Assembly (NCBI GenBank): GCA_003557645.1
Contig: PWNV01000020.1
Span: 78,328-142,327, forward strand
DNA length: 64,000 nt
From: Candidatus Nealsonbacteria bacterium
GTDB taxonomy: Bacteria; Patescibacteriota; Minisyncoccia; Minisyncoccales; PWPS01
Reading direction: 5' to 3'
Part shown: in pieces, positions 49,337 to 59,040 of the stretch
Layout of the letters: every line of letters begins with the position of its first letter
Numbering within the stretch: position 1 is the first letter of the stretch
The notes under the pieces: model-generated
Seen by the model: only the letters and a program-made list of their open reading frames with translations
Told to the model about the DNA's origin: nothing
Databases searched by the model: none
Translations under genes and position numbers: made by a program

Positions 49337-51112
49337 TCAATTACCCCTAAAAGCCTTAAAATACGCTTCTTGAGGAATATTGACCTTACCCTCCTTTTCT
49401 AATCTCTTCTTTCCTTTCTTTTGTTTCTCTAAAAGTTTCCTTTTCCGAGTCACATCTCCCCCATACAAGTCTCCAGTAACATCTTTTCTTCTTGCCTTGA
49501 TGGTTTCTCTGGCAATAATTTTCCCTCCCACCTTTGCCTGCAGTGCTACCGCAAACTGTTGTGGAGGGATTACTTCCTTAAGCCTGGCAACCATCTTTTT
49601 ACCTTCTTCGTAAGCTTCTGTACGAGGAACTATTGTAGAAAATGCTTCATCGGGCTTATGGGCAATCAAAATCTCCATTTTGACAAGATCTTCTGGATAA
49701 AAGCCAATAAACTTGTATCCCGCAGAGGCATACCCCTTGGTAAAGCTTTTTAGCTTATCGTGAAAATCAACAACAACATTCCGAAGAGGTGCATTGTAAA
49801 GAGTCAACACCCTGCTCTCAGAAAGATAACGGGTATCTGCATAATTTCCCTTTAAACTGTTTAAAGTCTCCGTTGTACTGCCTAGCATATTCTCTGGTGT
49901 AATCACTTCCAGTTGTACCCAGGGTTCTTCGGTTCGATCTATCTCTGATCCATCTGGGAAATCGGAAGCTGATCTAATTTCTATCTCCTCTTTGTTTCTT
50001 TTTATCACTTTAAACGTTACCGATGGCGCGGATATTATAAGGTCAAGATTAAATTCTCTTCTCAGTCTCTCTGAGATAATCTCTGAATGAAGGGATCCCA
50101 GATAACCACAACGAAAACCTCTTCCAAACGCCTCCCTGAACTCTGGGTCAAATATAAACGCAGGATCAGTAAGCTTTATCTCATACAAGGCGTTGCGTAA
50201 AACATTGTAACTCGCAGCTTCACGAGGATAAAGACTGCTGAACACCATCGGTTTTGGTTCCTTGTATCCAGGGAGAGGAGTTGCACTTTCTCCTTTTCTA
50301 CAAATAGTGTCTCCCGATCTTACCACCCCTATATCCTTTATACCAGTAGCTATATACCCTATATCCCCTTCTTTAATCTTTGGCTGGGAAACTTGAAGAG
50401 GAGAGAAGAAGCCCACCTCTTTTGCTTCTCCACTTTCTTTTGAAGCAGAAAGATAAATATGTTCTTTCGTTTTGACCTCTCCACTCACCACTCTTACATG
50501 GGCAATAATTCCTTTATAAGAATTATACTCTGAATCAAAAACAAGAGCACGAAAAAAGTTATCATTCTCTACACTTGGAGGAGAAATTCTTTCAACAATA
50601 GCGCCAAGTACTTCTTCTATGTTAATCGCTTGTTTTGCGGATATCTTGATAATTTCTTCTCTTTTCACTCCCAGAGCTTCTACCATCTCTTTCTCTGTCT
50701 CCTCTATCATTGCATTATCCGAATCTATCTTGTTAATTACCGGGATAATTGCAAATTTATCTCCTTTCTCTTTAGCAAGCTGTAAGTTTGCCAAAGTCTG
50801 AGCTTGAATCCCTTTTGTTGCATCAACTAAAAGCACTGCGCCTTCAACAGCAGCAAGTGAACGAGACACCTCATAAGAAAAATCAACATGGCCAGGAGTA
50901 TCGATCATGTTAAGTATATACTCTCCATAAATCATGCGTACTGGACGCAATTTAATGTTAATTCCTCTTTCACGCTCAAGGTCCATGCTGTCAAGGAACT
51001 GTTCTTGCATGTCTTTTTTTGAAACAGTTTTCGTGATCTCTAAAAACCTATCGGCAAGTGTAGATTTTCCGTGATCTATATGAGATATAATGCAAAAGTT
51101 TCTTATTTTCAT
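49337..51112 (-). CDS. lepA: elongation factor 4
   Basis: HIDHGKSTLADR, DTPGHVDF, YGGDVTRKRKLLEKQKKGK. Confidence 0.98.
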   Translation of the reverse strand: MKIRNFCIISHIDHGKSTLADRFLEITKTVSKKDMQEQFLDSMDLERERGINIKLRPVRMIYGEYILNMIDTPGHVDFSYEVSRSLAAVEGAVLLVDATKGIQAQTLANLQLAKEKGDKFAIIPVINKIDSDNAMIEETEKEMVEALGVKREEIIKISAKQAINIEEVLGAIVERISPPSVENDNFFRALVFDSEYNSYKGIIAHVRVVSGEVKTKEHIYLSASKESGEAKEVGFFSPLQVSQPKIKEGDIGYIATGIKDIGVVRSGDTICRKGESATPLPGYKEPKPMVFSSLYPREAASYNVLRNALYEIKLTDPAFIFDPEFREAFGRGFRCGYLGSLHSEIISERLRREFNLDLIISAPSVTFKVIKRNKEEIEIRSASDFPDGSEIDRTEEPWVQLEVITPENMLGSTTETLNSLKGNYADTRYLSESRVLTLYNAPLRNVVVDFHDKLKSFTKGYASAGYKFIGFYPEDLVKMEILIAHKPDEAFSTIVPRTEAYEEGKKMVARLKEVIPPQQFAVALQAKVGGKIIARETIKARRKDVTGDLYGGDVTRKRKLLEKQKKGKKRLEKEGKVNIPQEAYFKAFRGN

Positions 51113-52758
51113 CGTTTAGAAAAAGATTCAACTGTTCTAACAAGCTCAGGAGAATTAAGCGCTTTTGAGGTTAGAACATAAACTAATAATCCAGTACAGA
51201 AAGCAACAATAATTTGAATAAAAACATCCAGGAAAGTGTCAACATCTAAGATGGTCCCCGTTACACGTAAGGAAGCAAAGATTACCGCTCCCGTCAAGAA
51301 AGAAGAAGCGATGATTCTGATTAATGACTCGCCTATCTCTCTTTCTTTGAAAAATCCCATCTTTTTTTTCAAGAAAAATACAAGGAGAAGCAGATGCAAA
51401 ATAGTAGAAAATAAAATCGCCAAAGGAAAGGCAATAACTTCAATATGAGGAAGCAGCTCTTCGAGCCTTAAAAAACTTACAAAAAATGAACGAAAAAAAT
51501 TATCAAATCCAAGCGCCCAAATAAAAAGAAAAGAAAGCACTACATTAAAGGTCATCGAAGTAACCGACGCGATAACAGGCGTACGAGTGTCCTGGAAGGA
51601 AAAAAATGCACGTACAAACACATGTACAAGAGCGGTAGCAAAAAAAGAAAAAGAAAAAACGCCGAGAGAAGCGGCTGTTAACTGTGTTGCTCCCCACCCA
51701 AAAGCTCCTGTTCCAAGAACAAGACGAACAATTTGTGCTCGTAATAGAAAAACCGCTATACTTACCGGAATAATAAGAAAAAGAACTTGTCTTACAACCA
51801 TAGAAAAATGCTCTAAAAACATTTCCTTGTTCTTGGATGCAAAAGACCGTGAAAAAGCCGGGAAAGCAGCAACTGCAAAAGCTACTCCGATTATTCTTAC
51901 AGGAAAAGCCTGTAGATGTTCAGCAAAATAGAAAACAGAGATACTTCCCGCAGCGAGTGAGGACCCTAAGGCCGTGATTACAATCAAATTAATTTGAGTT
52001 GCAAACTGCCCGATAAAACGAGGTATTATTAAATGAAAAATACGCTTTAATTCTTTCTGTTTTAAGTCAATAAACCATTTATAGGAAAATCCTGAAAACT
52101 TAGCAGGAAATATTTGAATTGCAAAATGTAAAATTGACCCGATAACCACTCCCGCAGCAACACCCATGATAGCTTTTTCGGGATGAAAAAGCGGAACCAA
52201 AAAAATAATTCCAAAAATGATTCCTATATTATAAAGCACAGGCGCCAAAGAATATGCAAAAAAACGATCAAAGTACTGTAGTACCCCCGAAAAAAGACTA
52301 GACATCCCAAGGAGTACAGGGCTTATCATCATAATCCTGGTTAGTGGCACCATAAACTCTCTGTCTGCATCTGTAAAGCCAGGGGCGATGATTCGTATCA
52401 CTAATGGAGCAAAAATAAAGAGTAAACTACCTAAACAAAAAAGTATTAAACACAAAACATTTAATACATTATTTGCTAATTTCCACCCCTCTTTTTCGTT
52501 TTTTTCAAATGTTTCTGCAAAAACAGGAAGAAAGGCAGCTACAATTCCTCCTGTTATTAAGACTCCGTACACAAAGTCTGGAATCCTAAAAGCAGCAAAA
52601 TAAATGTCAAGATCAACTCCCGCTCCAAAGTTTCCAGCCAGAAGACGATCTCGTAAAAGACCTAAAAGCGCACTTACTCCTACAGAAAAAGCAATCAAAA
52701 CAGCAGAAAAGGTAATCGTATTAGATCTTTTGTTGAGTATGCGCTTTATCATCACCAA
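51109..52758 (-). CDS. murJ: lipid II flippase MurJ
   Basis: LGLLRDR, FGAG..DIYFAAFRIPD, RAFF..QDTRTP. Confidence 0.95.
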   Translation of the reverse strand: MVMIKRILNKRSNTITFSAVLIAFSVGVSALLGLLRDRLLAGNFGAGVDLDIYFAAFRIPDFVYGVLITGGIVAAFLPVFAETFEKNEKEGWKLANNVLNVLCLILFCLGSLLFIFAPLVIRIIAPGFTDADREFMVPLTRIMMISPVLLGMSSLFSGVLQYFDRFFAYSLAPVLYNIGIIFGIIFLVPLFHPEKAIMGVAAGVVIGSILHFAIQIFPAKFSGFSYKWFIDLKQKELKRIFHLIIPRFIGQFATQINLIVITALGSSLAAGSISVFYFAEHLQAFPVRIIGVAFAVAAFPAFSRSFASKNKEMFLEHFSMVVRQVLFLIIPVSIAVFLLRAQIVRLVLGTGAFGWGATQLTAASLGVFSFSFFATALVHVFVRAFFSFQDTRTPVIASVTSMTFNVVLSFLFIWALGFDNFFRSFFVSFLRLEELLPHIEVIAFPLAILFSTILHLLLLVFFLKKKMGFFKEREIGESLIRIIASSFLTGAVIFASLRVTGTILDVDTFLDVFIQIIVAFCTGLLVYVLTSKALNSPELVRTVESFSKR

Positions 52759-52775
52759 ATATTAATATAAAAAAA

Positions 52776-53107
52776 GCTCAAGTAGGACGTAAGCTGAATT
52801 CTGTTATTCCTACAAAAAGTAGAAACGATAATCATTTATCTTGGCTTCGAATTACTTCGAAGCTCCAGCGGGCTACCAAAATTTGCCCTTGCACTCGGAT
52901 AGGGATTTAGCCGTTTCACTCCTAATGTCTCCATTAGGACTATTCCCGAAGGAATCGTCTTTCCTTACGAAAAAACGCGTCTCTGCTCGCACCCCTCGCT
53001 TTACAGCGTGCGGGAATTACCCGCTATCTTTTTACTTAAAAAGTGAGTGTTCAGACTTTCCTCCCTTCTTCATTAAAAAGAAGAGCGATTACCTCACCTA
53101 CTTGAGC
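52776..53107 (-). ncRNA. rnpB: RNase P RNA
   Basis: P1 GCTCAAGTAGG/CCTACTTGAGC; GAGGAAAGTC; AGTGCAA; GAAACGG; AACAGAATTCAGCTTA. Confidence 0.95.
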
Positions 53108-53151
53108 CGAATTTAATAGTGACACATCTAGGGTAAAGTGTCAATAAATGT

Positions 53152-53181
53152 TAAAGGAGAGAGTGGTGTTCTCTCTCCTTT
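53152..53181. terminator. terminator hairpin, identical 30-bp copy 1
   Basis: taaaggagagagtggtgttctctctccttt, identical at 53712-53741. Confidence 0.85.
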
Positions 53182-53203
53182 AGCTTCCCAAGACTTTTAA
53201 CTC

Positions 53204-53623
53204 TTAAAGCTCATACAAATCAATGATTGTTATATTTAGCTTTCCTACGGGAGCATCTACAGTGACTGTTTCTCCAGGGCTCTTTCCCTGAAGAGCTTTA
53301 GCGATCGGTGCTTCTTCGGATATAAACCTGTAAAGATTATTGTTATTTTCAATAGGAGGTAGCTGCTTGCAGAATATAAGATCAATTTCTTCAGGACCGA
53401 TTCCTCCTACTTTCGCAACAAAAGAAAATTTGCTGTTTTTCATGAAATCATCAATCTCACGAAGACTCTTATTTACTCTTTCTAGCTCAAAATGAAGAGC
53501 ACCAGCAGTACTCCCCTTTTCGTCTCTGCATCCTGGGCCATTTTTGACATTACAGATCTGCTGATGTAACCTCTCTTTGCTTTCAAGTAATCTCTGCTTT
53601 TTTTCTTCTATTTCAATGAACAC
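53204..53623 (-). CDS. Gre-family protein (divergent, lacks the canonical acidic tip motif)
   Basis: N-terminal coiled coil; ISEEAPIAKALQGK..GETVTV.AP.G. Confidence 0.8.
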   Translation of the reverse strand: MFIEIEEKKQRLLESKERLHQQICNVKNGPGCRDEKGSTAGALHFELERVNKSLREIDDFMKNSKFSFVAKVGGIGPEEIDLIFCKQLPPIENNNNLYRFISEEAPIAKALQGKSPGETVTVDAPVGKLNITIIDLYEL

Positions 53624-53711
53624 TATATAACAACCTCCTTAAATTTTTAAAGCTTTGGGAAGCTTTGGTGATATAATATATTAATTTTTCTAAAAATCAA
53701 TAGATTACGTG

Positions 53712-53741
53712 TAAAGGAGAGAGTGGTGTTCTCTCTCCTTT
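53712..53741. terminator. terminator hairpin, identical 30-bp copy 2
   Basis: identical to 53152-53181. Confidence 0.85.
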
Positions 53742-53759
53742 TTTGGGGTTTCAAGGGTT

Positions 53760-54185
53760 TTATTGTGGTATGTACATGTCAATGATTTCGACTTCCTGTT
53801 TTCCTCCCGGAGTAACAATGGTCACGCTATCTCCAGCGCCTTTTTCGTTAATAGCGATGGCGATCGGTGCTTCTCGAGAGATAATTATAAACGCTTCATC
53901 TTCCGATGCTATCGGAGGAACATTTTCGCAAACAAGCAGGTCCATTATCTTTCCCTTTATTCTGACAGTGGCGATAAAGCACACCCCGTTACCAACAAGA
54001 CATAAATCCACTCCTGCAATACTTCTTTCAGTTATTTTCATATCTTGCAGAATTGGAAGAATCATCTCCCGCTTGTTTTTCGCACTATCTGCGGCTTGAT
54101 TAATTCTACTGATCTCTTCCCTTCTTGTTAGATTTTTTTTAACCAGGTCACTTTTAATTCTTTCTAGCTCTTTTTTAAAGATCAA
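53760..54185 (-). CDS. Gre-family protein (divergent paralog)
   Basis: ISREAPIA.AI..K.AGD.V.I.TPGG...EIID. Confidence 0.8.
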   Translation of the reverse strand: MIFKKELERIKSDLVKKNLTRREEISRINQAADSAKNKREMILPILQDMKITERSIAGVDLCLVGNGVCFIATVRIKGKIMDLLVCENVPPIASEDEAFIIISREAPIAIAINEKGAGDSVTIVTPGGKQEVEIIDMYIPQ

Positions 54186-54266
54186 TTGGAATCCTCCTTA
54201 AAAGAAATTTGAAACCCCAAACCCTTGTCGTTATAATACAATATTTATAAAAAAAGTCAATAGCAA

Positions 54267-55043
54267 CTAATTATCGCTATGGTTTTTTTCATCTAAAACT
54301 TTGCGAACTTCTTTGCGATAGAGACAAAAATCACAATCATCACCAGATCTTGGCAAAAGATCACTATCTAAAAGATCTTTTATTTCATAGAGAGTTTTTT
54401 CTACCCAATGATCACTTCCTTTGTAAGGGATAAGAGTAACATCAAACTCTATTTTTCCATCAAACGCCTCTACATCAGTCCTTCCGTTGCAGTAAACAAA
54501 GTATCCTGTATCGGAAACATTCAATCCGTTTTGTCGTAGAAGCCACTGATAAACTTCCATTTGTCTCTTGTATGAATCTTGCCAGTCTTTATTAAGCTCT
54601 ATAATCTCTCCTTCCTTGCTTGTTGCTTTGTAATCAACCACAATATATCTCCCCTCTTTGTCTATCCATAAATCATCAATCGCTCCCGTCACAATGAAGT
54701 TTGTTGGCTCGTGAAAAGCTCTTACTCCTTTAAAGTTCTCCCTCCATTCGTTCATCTCTTCTCTTTTTGCCGGAACAGCATCCACTCCGTACTTTTCAAG
54801 AAGAGGATGTCGAGACCCCTCCGCTCTGTGCAGATCAAACTCTTGTTTCAAAAGAGTGTCTACCGCACTATTTATTGCAAACGGGTATCCAGGAGGAGTT
54901 CCTACGCCGAGCCTCCTATCTATATAAAAACAACGAGGACAGTTCAAAAAAAGATCTATTTTTGATCTACTCAAGCAAAAAGCTTCTTTCCTTTTCGGAT
55001 CATAAATATTTCGACTTCTTTTTCCTTTGTAATATTGTGACAT
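54267..55043 (-). CDS. PD-(D/E)XK nuclease superfamily protein
   Basis: LSRSK....CPRCF, GAIDD...VDYKAT, QME.Y, C-terminal CDFC. Confidence 0.88.
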   Translation of the reverse strand: MSQYYKGKRSRNIYDPKRKEAFCLSRSKIDLFLNCPRCFYIDRRLGVGTPPGYPFAINSAVDTLLKQEFDLHRAEGSRHPLLEKYGVDAVPAKREEMNEWRENFKGVRAFHEPTNFIVTGAIDDLWIDKEGRYIVVDYKATSKEGEIIELNKDWQDSYKRQMEVYQWLLRQNGLNVSDTGYFVYCNGRTDVEAFDGKIEFDVTLIPYKGSDHWVEKTLYEIKDLLDSDLLPRSGDDCDFCLYRKEVRKVLDEKNHSDN

Positions 55044-55047
55044 ATAT

Positions 55048-55551
55048 TTAAATTTTTCTTGGATCGTAAGCCCAGTGTAAAAGCACTTGTCTTTGTTTTT
55101 TCCGACAATTTAAATCTCTTGCTTTACAGTTTTTCTTAACCGCACCCAGGTGTCTTTTTATTGCTTTCCATCGCTTGATCTGCCTCTCATCTTCCTCCTT
55201 AATTCTTCGCCCTTGATAATATCTGCAGTACCACTGAAACCATCCTCGAGGGTCATCTTTAAAAATCCATCCCTTCTTTATCCAGTGTGACAAGGGCATG
55301 CTTGCGTCAATTTGAAAATAATTAAGAAGACAGTTCCTTTTTTCTGGAGAAAGCTTTGCTCTCTGAAACCAATTTTTTGGGAACTCATTCTTGCAGTCCG
55401 TCATATATTTCCCACAAAAAACTCCGAGCTCCAACATTTCTTTGGGCGTAACTTCTGGTCTGAAGTCAGAATGAAAATTCCTTCCTGAGGTCTCTACAAG
55501 CACATACTGATAACCTCTCTGCATCTTATCATTAACTGTTATTTTCTTCAT
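55048..55551 (-). CDS. conserved hypothetical protein (DPRGWFQWYCRY family)
   Basis: TPKEML.LGVF.G.Y, DPRGWFQWYCRYY.GRR..ED.RQI.RW, RQ.LLHWAYD. Start moved to MKKITV. Confidence 0.8.
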   Translation of the reverse strand: MKKITVNDKMQRGYQYVLVETSGRNFHSDFRPEVTPKEMLELGVFCGKYMTDCKNEFPKNWFQRAKLSPEKRNCLLNYFQIDASMPLSHWIKKGWIFKDDPRGWFQWYCRYYQGRRIKEEDERQIKRWKAIKRHLGAVKKNCKARDLNCRKKQRQVLLHWAYDPRKI

Positions 55552-55553
55552 TT

Positions 55554-55787
55554 TTAAAAAAAGAAAGCAATAAAAATAATAGTCGATGAAAACAAAAATA
55601 AGAAACAAAAAAATCCGAACAGTGTCCAAGAAACAAGATACGGCCACCTCTTAATTTTCTTTTCAAACCAAAGAAGAAAGGCTCCCAAAAAGAAAAGAAA
55701 ACAAAAAGAAAAAATAACCACAAAAGAGTGAACCGAAATAAAAACTTCGCTGTGAGATGTTATAAATTCAATCATTTTTGGAAGCAT
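55554..55787 (-). CDS. small membrane protein
   Basis: two hydrophobic helices; overlaps neighbours in operon fashion. Confidence 0.55.
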   Translation of the reverse strand: MLPKMIEFITSHSEVFISVHSFVVIFSFCFLFFLGAFLLWFEKKIKRWPYLVSWTLFGFFCFLFLFSSTIIFIAFFF

Positions 55788-55962
55788 CTATTTGTCCTGC
55801 AAATACATATATTACATATCCCCCGCAAATCAAAAGCAAAAGAAGAAATAAATAAAGAAAATCTACAAAAAAATAATGCCAGTAGGATCCAATAATAATT
55901 CCAAAAGAAAGAACTGCGATCTCGTAGGGAATAAGTTGCCACCATTTTATCTTAAAGTGCAT
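55768..55962 (-). CDS. small membrane protein
   Basis: two hydrophobic helices. Confidence 0.55.
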   Translation of the reverse strand: MHFKIKWWQLIPYEIAVLSFGIIIGSYWHYFFVDFLYLFLLLLLICGGYVIYVFAGQIDASKND

Positions 55963-56001
55963 ATATATTACTTAAAAAAAGGAGGCACGCAAAGATGCCT
56001 C

Positions 56002-56295
56002 CTACTTGTTTTTTACATCAAGAATTTTAACAACAATTTTTTCCATTTTTCCAGTTTCTCTGCTAGCTACTTCATAAAAAACTTTTTCTCCTGGACCTGC
56101 ATTCATTGCTGCTTTAGCAAAAGGGGAAGAAAAAGATATTTTTAAAACCCCTTTCTCGCTCTGTGCTTCATCTGTGCTGACCATCCGTTCTTCTACAATT
56201 TCAATAGTTTCAATTTTCCCTGTATCTTGAAATTCAATTTTTGCTCGCGATCCTAGGTTAATTCTTGAGCAGTCATTTTTGACTGACATCATCAA
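56002..56295 (-). CDS. GreA/GreB C-terminal-domain-only protein
   Basis: LGSR..I......IV...ISFSSPFAKA.M..GPGE.V; AGGAGG SD. Confidence 0.75.
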   Translation of the reverse strand: MMMSVKNDCSRINLGSRAKIEFQDTGKIETIEIVEERMVSTDEAQSEKGVLKISFSSPFAKAAMNAGPGEKVFYEVASRETGKMEKIVVKILDVKNK

Positions 56296-56352
56296 CCCCT
56301 CCTTTTATTGGGATTATCTTAATCCTACCAATAAAAAGAAAAACTATCAACC

Positions 56353-57804
56353 TTAATAGGCTTTTGCGAAGACCGCTCTTTCCAGAGAAGGTTTTCCACT
56401 CTTTACACACCTCCCTTCTTCTTTCTCTTGCCTAAAGGGAATATAACGGATTGTTGCTTTTGTCTCACTTTTGATCTGAGCTTCCACTTCTTTTTCTCCG
56501 GACCAGTGAGCATGAACAAAGTTACCTTCTTCAATTGCTTTTACAAAATCTTCCCAGTTGTCCACAAATTTTGTTTTTGCATTTCTATACTCTAATGCTC
56601 TATTATATAGATTCGTTTGTATCTCTTCTAAAAGCAAATTAATGCTCTTTGGAAGATCTGGTAATTCTACTTTGACCTTTTTGCCGTTATCGCGACGAAC
56701 AAGTACTACTGAATTATCCGCTATATCTTTTGCTCCTAGCTCTATACGAACAGGGACTCCTTTTCTTTCCCATTCATAGAACTTCTCCCCAGGACGAAGA
56801 TCCCTTTTGTCAACAAAAACTCTTACACTTTCTTTTTTGAGCATGTTTTCAATCTCATTCGCTTTTTCTACAATTTCTTCATTGTCACTACTTTGGCTGA
56901 TCGTGGTAATAACGGCTTGAGTTGGCGCTAATCGTGGTGGAAGAACCAAACCACTATCATCACTATGAGTCATAATAAGACCACCAATGGCTCTTGTGCT
57001 AAGCCCCCACCTTGTTTGCCATCCATACTGCTTTTCTCCGTTTCTTCCCAAAAAAGAAACATCAAAAGCCTTAGAAAAATTTTGTCCAAGATTATGAGAT
57101 GTTGCAAACTGTAGAGCCTTGCCATCTTGCATCATCGCCTCAATCGTATAGGTTCGCAGTGCCCCCGCAAACTTTTCTGATTCGGACTTAACTCCTGTAA
57201 ACACGGGAATAGCCATAATATTTTCTGCAATATCTCGATAAACCTCTAGCATTTGCCGTGCTCTCTCATCTCCCTCTTCCTCTGTTTCATGGACAGTATG
57301 ACCTTCCTGCCATAAGAACTCTGTTGTTCTCAAAAACAAACGAGGTCTTAACTCCCAACGCACAATATTTGACCACTGATTAAGAAGCAGTGGTAGATCA
57401 CGATATGATTGAATCCAGTTACCAAAAGTATCGTACATAATAGTTTCTGATGTTGGACGAACAATCAAAGGCTCTTCCAGCTTTTTGCCACCTGCATGAG
57501 TAACAACCGCTACTTCCGGGGCAAATCCTTCCACGTGATCTTTTTCTTTATTTAAAAATTTTTCAGGAATAAAAAGAGGAAAATAAACATTAGAAACACC
57601 TGTTTCCTTAAATCTATCGTCAAGCACTCTCTGGATGCGCTCCCATATACTGTAGCCATGCGGTTTAATAATCATACATCCACGAACAGGAGCATTTTCA
57701 GCAAGGTCAGCCATATTTACTACGTCCAGGTACCACTGAGAATAATCCTCACTTCGTGAAGTAATTTTATTCTTTGTGGCTTTGTTGTTTGCTTTGTCTA
57801 TCAT
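56353..57804 (-). CDS. proS: proline--tRNA ligase (archaeal/eukaryotic type)
   Basis: HVEGFAPE, RPTSET, RTTEFLWQEGHT, C-terminal FAKAY. Confidence 0.97.
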   Translation of the reverse strand: MIDKANNKATKNKITSRSEDYSQWYLDVVNMADLAENAPVRGCMIIKPHGYSIWERIQRVLDDRFKETGVSNVYFPLFIPEKFLNKEKDHVEGFAPEVAVVTHAGGKKLEEPLIVRPTSETIMYDTFGNWIQSYRDLPLLLNQWSNIVRWELRPRLFLRTTEFLWQEGHTVHETEEEGDERARQMLEVYRDIAENIMAIPVFTGVKSESEKFAGALRTYTIEAMMQDGKALQFATSHNLGQNFSKAFDVSFLGRNGEKQYGWQTRWGLSTRAIGGLIMTHSDDSGLVLPPRLAPTQAVITTISQSSDNEEIVEKANEIENMLKKESVRVFVDKRDLRPGEKFYEWERKGVPVRIELGAKDIADNSVVLVRRDNGKKVKVELPDLPKSINLLLEEIQTNLYNRALEYRNAKTKFVDNWEDFVKAIEEGNFVHAHWSGEKEVEAQIKSETKATIRYIPFRQEKEEGRCVKSGKPSLERAVFAKAY

Positions 57805-57904
57805 AGTAAGTAATTTTAATCTTCTTAACTTCTTGGTAACTATAATATAAAGCACTAAATATTACAAACATAGACGCATCACATGCACCTAATCCTATAC
57901 AACA

Positions 57905-57930
57905 AAAAAGCCCGAAATTTTCGGGCTTTT
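57905..57930. terminator. intrinsic terminator
   Basis: aaaaagcccgaaa-tttcgggctttt. Confidence 0.75.
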
Positions 57931-57951
57931 CTGTATCTTAGACTACTAAAA

Positions 57952-59040
57952 TTACAGCCCCAATTCTTCCATCATCTCCATTTCTTCTGGAGTAAGTTCA
58001 TACTCTCCGGAATGAGGAATGGGAGTTTGCATAAATATTTCCATGACCTCCTCTGTCGTCAAATACTCACTCGGAGCAGTGATATCAAACTCTTCATTGA
58101 AGTTATCATAATTTACTTCAAAGAAAAAAACTACTCTGCTTACTTCAGGAAGCTCATCGAGATCAATATCTTCATCACTTACATCCACATCTATTTCTGC
58201 TCTTATCCTGTAGATATATTCACCGTCTGTCCAGATATGCAACTCCATCATTTCTAAGATTCTCTCCATCTCTTCTAAATTCTCCTCATCCTCAAATTCT
58301 ATTTTGGCTTCCGCTATCATAGACAACACTTCATCTAGTTCTTCTTGACTCATCTCAAGGACCTCTCCAAAAAATTCCATAAAGGGAATAAAATCTTCTT
58401 CCAAAAACTCTGGCATTTTCTCAGGATCAAAAGAAACGAGATACTTGTCAACACTTACACCGTTTATTTCATCTCTCTCCTTTTCTCCTAAAAGAAGAAG
58501 TTCCTTTTCCCAGAATGCAATGAGGAGCTTCTCTACCTCCTCCTCAACCTCCTCTTCCCTCATATCCAACTCCTCCTCTATTTCTTCCTGAACTCCTTCT
58601 GCTAAAAGAATCCATCTGCCAGTAAGTTCAGAAACAACGTCTGCCTGAATAGCTGGTAAGAACCCTAAAAGAGGGGTCGGGAAGGTTTCTAGTTTTCCGT
58701 AAAAATTATCATCTACAAGCATGAAGCCTCCTTCTAAGGAAAACCTCATCTCCATTCCACCCATCTGATAGTCAACATCCAAAATACCGCTACCTTCAGT
58801 GGCATTTCTGACATCGTCAACATCAGCATTAGCAAGAAGGGAGATGCTAGCAACCTCCTCTTCTCCGTCAAAAGCTGTAGCCCCAAAAATAACTTGAGTA
58901 CTGTAAGTGTCAAGCTCTGCTGTGTTCTGCATGGCTCTCACGACTGCTTCTTCGTCGGTGAGAGACATCTGAGTATAGTAGTAAGCACCTCCGCCAACAA
59001 TAGCTACAGCGAGCAAAGCAACTAATAATTTAATTTGCAT
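57952..59040 (-). CDS. acidic exported protein
   Basis: signal anchor; C-terminal YDNFNE..DITAP (LolA/LppX-like tail). Confidence 0.75.
   Translation of the reverse strand: MQIKLLVALLAVAIVGGGAYYYTQMSLTDEEAVVRAMQNTAELDTYSTQVIFGATAFDGEEEVASISLLANADVDDVRNATEGSGILDVDYQMGGMEMRFSLEGGFMLVDDNFYGKLETFPTPLLGFLPAIQADVVSELTGRWILLAEGVQEEIEEELDMREEEVEEEVEKLLIAFWEKELLLLGEKERDEINGVSVDKYLVSFDPEKMPEFLEEDFIPFMEFFGEVLEMSQEELDEVLSMIAEAKIEFEDEENLEEMERILEMMELHIWTDGEYIYRIRAEIDVDVSDEDIDLDELPEVSRVVFFFEVNYDNFNEEFDITAPSEYLTTEEVMEIFMQTPIPHSGEYELTPEEMEMMEELGL

Noticed and set aside
52841..53116. 91 aa + strand ORF
   Set aside because: Antisense to the RNase P RNA.
57005..57022. ProRS QTRWG instead of the usual QTSWG
   Set aside because: A single-base difference (AGG vs AGY) that cannot be told apart from a sequencing error.
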